Origin: Polyangium sp. 15x6
Lineage (GTDB): Bacteria > Myxococcota_A > Polyangia > Polyangiales > Polyangiaceae
DNA length: 15,281 nucleotides
Reading direction: 5' to 3'
Assembly: GCF_029960785.1 (NCBI RefSeq)
Contig: NZ_JASBQE010000055.1
Location: 64,001-79,281, forward strand
A program made the position numbers and the translations under genes. Below the pieces are notes generated by a model. It was not told the origin of the DNA. It did no database searches and was given only the letters and a program-made list of their open reading frames with translations. Shown here piece after piece: positions 1 to 13,857 of the stretch. How positions within the stretch are numbered: position 1 is the stretch's first letter; the number at the start of each line of letters is the position of its first letter.

Positions 1-5111
<5,111 letters not shown>

Positions 5112-5289
5112 CGATATTCCTCCGGCTCCTACGGGTGCGCAGGGCTCGTTCCCCGCGCGCTCCACGAACCGAGCATCAGCCTCGAAGCTACGAAACAGCC
5201 ATCAAAGGTCCCGGCGACGGACAAACTCGGCTGCGCTACCGCGACCTGGAAGACGCGCTCGAATCACGCGACAGACGCAGCAGCAAACC

Positions 5290-5336
5290 CCCCAAAGACA
5301 AAACTCGACGCGCGGCAGGGACGTTCGCCCCTGCCG
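5290..5336 (-). terminator. Candidate attenuator/partial terminator in the rplL-rpoB spacer: a 9-bp GC-rich hairpin followed by a U-rich tract
   Basis: The minus-strand RNA reads GCGGCAGGG-gcgaacgu-CCCUGCCGC (stem at plus 5313-5336), followed 8 nt later by UUUUGUCUUU (plus 5294-5303). The U-tract is not directly adjacent to the stem, so this is not a canonical intrinsic terminator. The position corresponds to the known E. coli rplL-rpoB attenuator. Confidence 0.25.
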
Positions 5337-5383
5337 CCGTCGCATGGCGGATCGCGCTGTCCCTGAACGGGAAGCTCGGATCC

Positions 5384-5776
5384 TTACTTGAGCTCGACCG
5401 TCGCACCTGCCTCGGCGAGCTTCTTCTTCATCTCCTCGGCGTCAGCCTTGGAGACCGCTTCCTTCACGTTCTTGGGCGCGCCCTCGACCAGGTCCTTCGC
5501 CTCCTTGAGGCCAAGGCCCGTGATCTCGCGGACCGCCTTGATGACCGCGATCTTGTTCGCGCCGGCGTTCGCCAGCACGACGTCGAACTCGGTCTTCTCC
5601 TCGGCCTTGGGCGCCGCCTCAGCACCACCGCCACCAGGAGCAGCAGCAACCGCCACCGCCGCCGGTGCAGCCTTCACGCCCCACTTGTTCTCGAGCTCCT
5701 TGATGAGCTCGGCGATCTGGATGACCGGCAGGTTGGAAAGGTAATCGACGACCTGCTCCCGCGTGATCTCAGCCAT
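5384..5776 (-). CDS. rplL: 50S ribosomal protein L7/L12
   Basis: 130 aa, [34 protein letters not shown]..., followed by an Ala/Gly-rich hinge and the C-terminal domain ...[41 protein letters not shown] Shine-Dalgarno sequence GAAGGAG lies 7 nt upstream of the ATG. The stop is TAA. Confidence 0.97.
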   Translation of the reverse strand: MAEITREQVVDYLSNLPVIQIAELIKELENKWGVKAAPAAVAVAAAPGGGGAEAAPKAEEKTEFDVVLANAGANKIAVIKAVREITGLGLKEAKDLVEGAPKNVKEAVSKADAEEMKKKLAEAGATVELK

Positions 5777-5949
5777 GACGAGACTCCTTCAAACCGTCTG
5801 CGCGCCGCGGTGGGATGAGTACCCCGGGGCGCGTCTGTAGATCAAAACCCGAAGGGCGCAATGCCCTTTCTCACTGGTCGAGCGTTTGGAGCTCCGGACC
5901 ACCTCCGGTCCCCCGTCTCCCCGACCACGATCGGACTCGGAACGTGGGC
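5777..5949 (-). promoter_or_regulatory. 173-nt structured rplJ-rplL intergenic leader (GC-rich palindromes; short hairpin plus U4); function unknown, candidate autoregulatory or processing region
   Basis: The minus-strand RNA contains GGACC-ggaggu-GGUCC followed by the palindrome GGAGCUCC (plus ~5885-5915). It also contains AAGGGC-auugc-GCCCUU followed by cGGGUUUUGAUC (plus 5842-5868), and the CCCCGGGG / GCGCC...GGCGC palindromes (plus 5800-5835). It ends with the rplL Shine-Dalgarno sequence. Confidence 0.25.
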
Positions 5950-6486
5950 TCAGCCCGCCCCGCCCGCCGCGTCCTCCTTGGCCTTCAACAGGTACGCGAA
6001 GTTCTGAAGAGGCGCATTGAGCTGCTGCAAGAACTGCTGGAGAGGCGCCTGCAACGTGGCAAGCAGCGTCGCCCTGAGCTCGTCCTTGCCGGGCATCGTC
6101 GCGAGCTGATTCTCCACGCCCTCGGCGTCGAGAATCTGGCCCTCGATGAGGCCCGCCTTGATCTTCAGCTTCTCGTGTTCCTTGTCCTTGCGGAAGGCCT
6201 TCACGACCTTCGCGGCCGCGCTGGGATCCTCGTAACTCCAGGCGATCCCGGTCATCCCGACCAGCGTATCGTCGAGCTTCTTCGACCACGCGTGATGCTT
6301 GATCGCGTGACGAACGAGCGTGTTTTTCACGACTCGATACTCGACGCCCGCCTTCCGGAACTCGTCGCGCAGCTTCGTGACCACGGCGACGTTGAGACCC
6401 GTGAAGTCGAGGAAGACCGCCGAGGTCATGCGATCGAATCGCTGCTTGACCTCGCCGACCAGGGCCTCTTTCTCCGTGCGCTCCAT
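5950..6486 (-). CDS. rplJ: 50S ribosomal protein L10
   Basis: 178 aa, MERTEKEALVGEVKQRFDRMTSAVFLDFTGLNVAVVTKLRDEFRKAGVEYRVVKNTLVRHA..., which aligns with the L10 N-terminal domain. The ATG at 6486 lies 2 nt after the rplA stop. The sequence GAGGAGGGC TGA TC ATG shows the Shine-Dalgarno sequence embedded in the rplA 3' end. Confidence 0.95.
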   Translation of the reverse strand: MERTEKEALVGEVKQRFDRMTSAVFLDFTGLNVAVVTKLRDEFRKAGVEYRVVKNTLVRHAIKHHAWSKKLDDTLVGMTGIAWSYEDPSAAAKVVKAFRKDKEHEKLKIKAGLIEGQILDAEGVENQLATMPGKDELRATLLATLQAPLQQFLQQLNAPLQNFAYLLKAKEDAAGGAG

Positions 6487-6488
6487 GA

Positions 6489-7199
6489 TCAGCCCTCCTC
6501 ACCCTTGTCGCTGAGGTGCACCGGGTCGATCCGGACGCCCGGCCCCATCGTCGAAGACATCGTGATGCTCCGGAGGTACACCCCCTTCGCCGTCGACGGC
6601 TTCGCGCGGATGAGAGCCTGAATCAAGGCCTCCGCGTTCTTGGCGAGCGCGTCCTCCTTGAAGGAGACCTTGCCGATCCGAGCGTGCACGATGCCCGCCT
6701 TCTCGACGCGGTACTCCACCTTGCCGGCCTTCGCTTCGGACACCGCCGTCTTCACATCGACGGTGACGGTGCCGACCTTCGGGTTCGGCATGAGGCCTCG
6801 CGGACCGAGGATACGACCGAGCTTACCGACCAAACCCATCATGTCGGGCGTCGCGATCACGCGGTCGAAGTCCATGAAGCCTTCCTGGATCTTGTTCACC
6901 AGGTCGGCCTCACCGACGAAATCGGCGCCCGCCGCTTCCGCTTCCTTCGCCTTTTCGCCCTTGGCGAAGACGAGGACGCGGACCGACTGGCCCGTTCCGG
7001 CCGGCATGACCACGGCGCCGCGAACCATCTGGTCCGCGTGACGCGGGTTCACGCCCAGCCGCACTGCGATATCGACGGTCTCGTCGAACTTCGCCGATGC
7101 GGCCTGCTTGACGAGTGCACACGCTTCTTGAAGCGTGTACTTGCGCGTGCGGTCCACCATGGCCTGGGCCGCAGCGCGTTTCTTGGCGACTTTCGGCAT
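6489..7199 (-). CDS. rplA: 50S ribosomal protein L1
   Basis: 236 aa, [70 protein letters not shown]..., a typical L1. A Shine-Dalgarno sequence AGGAGG lies 4-5 nt upstream of the ATG at 7199. Confidence 0.95.
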   Translation of the reverse strand: MPKVAKKRAAAQAMVDRTRKYTLQEACALVKQAASAKFDETVDIAVRLGVNPRHADQMVRGAVVMPAGTGQSVRVLVFAKGEKAKEAEAAGADFVGEADLVNKIQEGFMDFDRVIATPDMMGLVGKLGRILGPRGLMPNPKVGTVTVDVKTAVSEAKAGKVEYRVEKAGIVHARIGKVSFKEDALAKNAEALIQALIRAKPSTAKGVYLRSITMSSTMGPGVRIDPVHLSDKGEEG

Positions 7200-7370
7200 C
7201 TGCCCTCCTGTTGTATCGGCTTACGCCTCCCACGGTGCGCCGTTTTAACCGTGGTGCTCTCCTCCCAACGTGGGGGGGTGCTCTTATAAAGCCGCGTTTT
7301 CACGCGGTCGCGCGCTCGTCGCCGGCTTCTCCGACGAACGGAGATGCAACAGAACGCGCGATGGACGAAC
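7200..7370 (-). promoter_or_regulatory. 171-nt rplK-rplA intergenic leader: candidate L1-autoregulatory or internal-promoter region containing the only AT-rich island in the cluster
   Basis: The minus strand reads CCGCG-ugaaaa-CGCGG followed by CTTTATAAGAG (plus 7281-7310), where TATAAG is -10-like. There are two GGGAGG motifs (plus 7219-7226 and 7256-7264), and the rplA Shine-Dalgarno sequence lies at the 3' end. In E. coli the rplK-rplA gap is only a few nt and the L1 binding site lies upstream of rplK. Confidence 0.25.
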
Positions 7371-7814
7371 TCAGTCGACGATCGTGATGCCCATCGAGCG
7401 GGCCGTACCCGCCATGCTGCGCATCGCCGAATCGAGGTTCGTCGTGTTCATGTCCTGCATCTTCATCTGCGCAAGCTCCTGGAGCTGCTTGCGCGTCACC
7501 TGGCCGACCTTCACCTTGTTCGGCTCCTTCGAACCCGAGCCAGGCTTCTTCTTCGTCTCGAGCCCCGCGGCCTTCTTGAGAAGGACCGACGCGGGCGGCG
7601 TCTTCAAGATGAACGTGAACGACCGGTCCGAATAGACCGTGATCACCACCGGGATGATCATGTCGCCCTGCGAGGCGGTCCGCGAGTTGAAGTCCTTGCA
7701 GAACGCCATGATGTTCACGCCATGCTGGCCGAGCGCAGGACCGACCGGCGGCGAGGGGTTGGCCTTCCCCGCAGGAAGCTGAAGCTTGACGTACCCGGTG
7801 ACCTTCTTCGCCAT
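7371..7814 (-). CDS. rplK: 50S ribosomal protein L11
   Basis: 147 aa, [43 protein letters not shown]..., with the conserved proline-rich L11 N-terminal domain. Confidence 0.95.
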   Translation of the reverse strand: MAKKVTGYVKLQLPAGKANPSPPVGPALGQHGVNIMAFCKDFNSRTASQGDMIIPVVITVYSDRSFTFILKTPPASVLLKKAAGLETKKKPGSGSKEPNKVKVGQVTRKQLQELAQMKMQDMNTTNLDSAMRSMAGTARSMGITIVD

Positions 7815-7869
7815 TGCTTTACCCGTTCTGTGCTGCGTCTACCTTGTTCGTACCGACCCGGAGCGTCGC

Positions 7870-8400
7870 TCAGCGCTTCTCTACCGCAGAAAAATCGAGC
7901 TCCACGCTGGTCGGACGGCCGAAGATCGACACCTTGACCTTCAGCTTCTGCTTGTCCATCTTCACGTCGTCCACGGTCCCGGTGAAGTTGGCGAACGCGC
8001 CGTCGAGCACGCGAACCTCCTCGCCGACCTCGAACGTGAGCTTGGGCTTCGGCTTGACCGCGCCTTCCACGATGCCTCGACGCAGACTTTCGATCTGCGG
8101 GGCCGGGACCTCTTGCGGCGTCTGGTTGCCGATGAAGCCCGTCACCTTCGGCGTGTCCTTCACGAGGTGCCACACCGTCTCGCTCATCTCCATCTCGGCG
8201 AAGATGTAGCCAGGCAAGCTGAGCTTCTGACGAACCCGCTGCTTGCCCCCCGGGCGGTTCTCCGTGACCGTTTCACTCGGGATCAAGATCTCGCCAATCT
8301 TGTCCTCGAGGCCGTGCTGCTTCGCTCGCTGCTGGAGCGCATCGCGCACCTTTGCCTCGTAGCCCGAGTAGGTATGAATGACGTACCACTTCTTCGCCAT
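7870..8400 (-). CDS. nusG: Transcription termination/antitermination factor NusG
   Basis: 176 aa, MAKKWYVIHTYSGYEAKVRDALQQRAKQHGLEDKIGEILIPSETV... (NGN domain) and a C-terminal KOW region ...EVGEEVRVLDGAFANFTGTVDDV.... A Shine-Dalgarno sequence GGGAG lies 9 nt upstream. Confidence 0.95.
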   Translation of the reverse strand: MAKKWYVIHTYSGYEAKVRDALQQRAKQHGLEDKIGEILIPSETVTENRPGGKQRVRQKLSLPGYIFAEMEMSETVWHLVKDTPKVTGFIGNQTPQEVPAPQIESLRRGIVEGAVKPKPKLTFEVGEEVRVLDGAFANFTGTVDDVKMDKQKLKVKVSIFGRPTSVELDFSAVEKR

Positions 8401-8422
8401 GGCGCGTGGCTCCCGAACGGCC

Positions 8423-9091
8423 CTAGCTTCCAGTGCCGTAGACGATGCCCGTCACGAACGACCACAACCTGTCGAGCAGCGCGAGATAAAGGGTGGCCAC
8501 GGCGCTCGCCGCAATGACCACCACGGTTGAGTTCGTGACGTCCTTCTTGGTCGGCCACTTGACCTTGATCAGCTCCGAAGCGACCTCGTCCGTCCACTCC
8601 CGCACGTCGGGACGACGGTAGGTCCGCAGCGTGACGATGACCGCGACGACGCCCGCAATCACGGTCGCATACGTCGCCTTGTCCTCATCCGCGACCGCCG
8701 CGAGCGCAGGCACCGCCCGGCTGAACCAATCACGGTTCGCGAGGTTGGCCCAGATCCCGTGGATGGCCTTGCCAACCACGTACGCGCCGAGGATCGCCGC
8801 ACCGAAGAACCCCGCCATCACGTAGCGGTCGGCCCCGAGCTGCCGCGCAGCCGCGACTTCGCCGTCTTCCCCGGCCTCTTCGCCCGGAGCCTGCTCCTCC
8901 GTAGCGGAGGCGTCAGATGTGGAGGCTTCGTCGTGCTCTTCGCCGGCTTCGTCCGCGCCGGGCGCCACGTCGAGATCGCTTCCCTTGCGCACCGCGAGCG
9001 AGGCATCCGCCCCCGAATCCGGGGCGGAGTCCGGCGCAGAGCCCTTTTTCTGGGCCTTCCGTGCCTCGTCTTTCTCTCGTCGTGTCGCCAT
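8423..9091 (-). CDS. secE: Preprotein translocase subunit SecE, 3-TM form, with a ~95-aa acidic low-complexity N-terminal extension. Start uncertain: ATG at 9091 is preferred, TTG at 9106 per the ORF track, and an internal Met near 8820 would give a 131-aa E. coli-like protein
   Basis: The C-terminus ...ELIKVKWPTKKDVTNSTVVVIAASAVATLYLALLDRLWSFVTGIVYG matches the conserved SecE amphipathic helix and TM segment (E. coli: [44 protein letters not shown]). Two additional hydrophobic helices lie upstream (YVMAGFFGAAILGAYVVGKAI and ATYATVIAGVVAVIVTL). The N-terminal ~95 aa is rich in D/E/A/S/G. GC3 is high throughout the frame. The position between tRNA-Trp and nusG is canonical. Confidence 0.8.
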   Translation of the reverse strand: MATRREKDEARKAQKKGSAPDSAPDSGADASLAVRKGSDLDVAPGADEAGEEHDEASTSDASATEEQAPGEEAGEDGEVAAARQLGADRYVMAGFFGAAILGAYVVGKAIHGIWANLANRDWFSRAVPALAAVADEDKATYATVIAGVVAVIVTLRTYRRPDVREWTDEVASELIKVKWPTKKDVTNSTVVVIAASAVATLYLALLDRLWSFVTGIVYGTGS

Positions 9092-9147
9092 GGCCGTTCG
9101 TCCCAAACGTGCCGGATCCCGCTTCGAGCAGCGTCACCGACATCTAC

Positions 9148-9183
9148 GCCTCGCCCGCTCGCTTTTGCGAGGTCGAGCGAGGC
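9148..9183 (-). other. Highly stable ~15-bp imperfect hairpin (GNRA-less, AAAA loop on the RNA) located between tRNA-Trp and secE; function unknown (candidate processing or regulatory element)
   Basis: The minus-strand RNA reads GCCUCGCUCG-ac-CUCGC-aaaa-GCGAG-CGGGCGAGGC. This gives a 10-bp outer stem (one G.U), a 2-nt bulge and a 5-bp inner stem. No U-tract follows on either strand, so it is not a canonical terminator. Confidence 0.4.
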
Positions 9184-9240
9184 GTCTCGTGTGGCCCCAC
9201 CTGGTGCTGAACGGACAGCGAAAGGAGGGGCCCTTGTGGG

Positions 9241-9313
9241 CAGGGGCAGAGAGGCTCGAACTCCCGACCTGCGGATTTGGAATCCGCTGCTCTACCAGCT
9301 GAGCTATACCCCT
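9241..9313 (-). tRNA. trpT: tRNA-Trp (anticodon CCA)
   Basis: The reverse complement reads AGGGGTATAGCTCAGCTGGTAGAGCAGCGGATTCCAAATCCGCAGGTCGGGAGTTCGAGCCTCTCTGCCCCTG. It forms a cloverleaf with a 7-bp acceptor stem (one G.U), a GCTC/GAGC D-stem, anticodon loop TTCCAAA and a GTTCGAG T-loop. It closely resembles E. coli trpT. The 3' CCA is not encoded. Confidence 0.9.
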
Positions 9314-9374
9314 TCAACCAGCTCGACGCGGGACAGATGCCACGAGCCGAGCGGTTCGTCTACTTCGGATCCGA

Positions 9375-9572
9375 CTACTTCGTCTCCCGGTGCAGCGTGT
9401 GCTTCTTGCACTGCTTGCAGAACTTCTTCAGCTCTACGTAATCCCCGGGAGACTTGGTGGTCTTGTAGTTCCTCGCCGTACACTCGGTGCAGGCCAGCGA
9501 GACCGGGATGCGTGTCCCTCGTTCTCCCGTGGCCCCACCGGAGCCACGGGAACCGCCGCCCTGCACCGACAT
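9375..9572 (-). CDS. rpmG: 50S ribosomal protein L33 (zinc-ribbon type) with a Gly-rich N-terminal extension of ~18-20 aa. Start ambiguous among GTG 9575, ATG 9572 and GTG 9566
   Basis: The core ...[45 protein letters not shown] matches L33 (xITLACTEC..RNY.T.KN...ELKKYC..C.KHT.H.E.K) with both CxxC pairs. It starts 6-13 nt after the tuf stop TAA. The sequence GAGGC GTG ATG TCG GTG gives a Shine-Dalgarno-like GAGG. The stop is TAG at 9375. Confidence 0.85.
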   Translation of the reverse strand: MSVQGGGSRGSGGATGERGTRIPVSLACTECTARNYKTTKSPGDYVELKKFCKQCKKHTLHRETK

Positions 9573-9581
9573 CACGCCTCG

Positions 9582-10772
<1,191 letters not shown>

Positions 10773-10839
10773 CGTTCTTACTCCTGACGGTTGCCGACCG
10801 AGACGGTCGCGCGCGCTGTCCTTTCTTCTCTACGCTTGC

Positions 10840-10915
10840 TGGAGCCCACCATCGGGATTGAACCGACGACCTCGTCCTTACCAAGGACGTGCTCTACCAA
10901 CTGAGCTAGGTGGGC
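10840..10915 (-). tRNA. thrT: tRNA-Thr (anticodon GGU); CCA encoded
   Basis: The reverse complement reads GCCCACCTAGCTCAGTTGGTAGAGCACGTCCTTGGTAAGGACGAGGTCGTCGGTTCAATCCCGATGGTGGGCTCCA. It has a 7-bp acceptor stem, anticodon loop CTTGGTAA and a GTTCAATCC T-loop. The position immediately upstream of tuf matches the E. coli thrT-tufB arrangement. Confidence 0.9.
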
Positions 10916-10933
10916 ATGGAGCCGGTCCGGCGG

Positions 10934-11006
10934 AGCGGGCGACCGGGTTCGAACCGGCGACGTTCAGCTTGGAAGGCTGACGCTCTACCAACTGAGCTAC
11001 GCCCGC
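10934..11006 (-). tRNA. glyT: tRNA-Gly (anticodon UCC)
   Basis: The reverse complement reads GCGGGCGTAGCTCAGTTGGTAGAGCGTCAGCCTTCCAAGCTGAACGTCGCCGGTTCGAACCCGGTCGCCCGCT. It has a perfect 7-bp GC acceptor stem, anticodon loop CTTCCAA and discriminator U. Confidence 0.9.
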
Positions 11007-11093
11007 AGATAGAGTTCGGGAGGTGCTCCCCCGACCTCGACTACGTACCGACTTTCCGACTCCGCGGGTCGAGACGCCTCATCGGCATCTCGG

Positions 11094-11176
<83 letters not shown>

Positions 11177-11296
11177 AGATTTTCAACGTCTCGCGAGATC
11201 CAAGGGCTCGCGGGTCCCTCTCTACTCTGTTTCGGTCGGTTCGTCTCCTGAGATTTTACTCTCGTTCGTCCGAGCCTTCCGCCCCTGACAGTCCGG

Positions 11297-11372
11297 TGGA
11301 GCTGACGAGGGGACTTGAACCCCTAACCCCCTGCTTACAAGGCAGGTGCTCTACCGGTTGAGCTACGCCAGC
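11297..11372 (-). tRNA. thrU: tRNA-Thr (anticodon UGU); CCA encoded
   Basis: The reverse complement reads GCTGGCGTAGCTCAACCGGTAGAGCACCTGCCTTGTAAGCAGGGGGTTAGGGGTTCAAGTCCCCTCGTCAGCTCCA. It has a 7-bp acceptor stem (one G.U), anticodon loop CTTGTAA and a T-loop GTTCAAGTC. Confidence 0.9.
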
Positions 11373-11418
11373 GAGTTCCTCCCTCGAAGACAGACGTGTC
11401 CCGTCAAAGGGGAGCAGG

Positions 11419-11447
11419 CTCTTAGCCCCTTGCTTTTGACATGTCAA
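11419..11447 (-). promoter_or_regulatory. Candidate sigma70-type promoter of the tRNA-tuf operon: perfect -35 TTGACA, 17-nt spacer, weak -10 TAAGAG; the -35 lies inside a 12-bp palindrome TTGACATGTCAA
   Basis: The minus strand reads cTTGACAtgtcaaaagcaaggggcTAAGAGcctgctcc, about 40 nt upstream of the mature tRNA-Thr(UGU) 5' end. The region is the divergent intergenic space between the tRNA operon and the kinase gene. Confidence 0.3.
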
Positions 11448-11655
11448 GCCAGATGGAAGGTTTTGTGTCTCGAACCGGCCGAACGCCACGCTCCGAAGGC
11501 CGGAATCTCCGGTCTCCCCGGCAGGGGCACCTCCCCAGGCAGGCTGGATCGCGAACCCGAACGTGAGCAGGCCGGCGGGCACGATCCTCGCGACGAGTCC
11601 TTGCCGCAACTTCTTGCACCACCCGCGCGCCTCTTGCGATGCTCCGCGCCGCATC

Positions 11656-13569
<1,914 letters not shown>

Positions 13570-13857
13570 CGCAGCGCGTCTCTCGCGGACCCCTCGACAT
13601 GCACGAGCGACGGCCCTAGATGGGAATTCGCTCGTGTGTCACCGCGTTTTGACGCGCTTGACGCCCGTTCGACGCGGGTGCTAGATGGATCTTGCGAGCG
13701 ATGACGCTCGGTCGCAGAAGCCTCTGCTCGACGGTACGGCGCAGCGTGTCAAAGGTCACGAGCTGCACTTCGCAGCCCACGTCGGCGCCGATGCCAGAGG
13801 TGCAGAGGAGAAGGTCGTTCACGGGCAATGGGCAGTAGACGCCGCGGAGCCATACGG

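Noticed and set aside
5112-5165. The 18-codon N-terminal extension of rpoB in the ORF track ([18 protein letters not shown]...)
   Set aside because: The internal Met aligns with the conserved beta N-terminus and has a textbook GGAGGA Shine-Dalgarno sequence at the right spacing. The extension overlaps the putative leader and has no ribosome-binding site.
9352-9382. 10-bp palindrome TCGGATCCGA and an 8-nt direct repeat CTACTTCG straddling the rpmG stop codon; considered as a terminator
   Set aside because: A perfect short palindrome gives only a 4-bp stem with a 2-nt loop and no U-tract follows. It is more likely a local duplication or chance. The tRNA-Trp gene follows 60 nt later and is probably co-transcribed.
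11436-11470. Plus-strand promoter for the kinase using the palindromic TTGACA
   Set aside because: No acceptable -10 hexamer lies 16-19 nt downstream; the candidates are GGTTTT or TTTTGT. The -35 match is therefore attributed to the minus-strand tRNA promoter. A kinase promoter probably lies elsewhere in 11450-11650.
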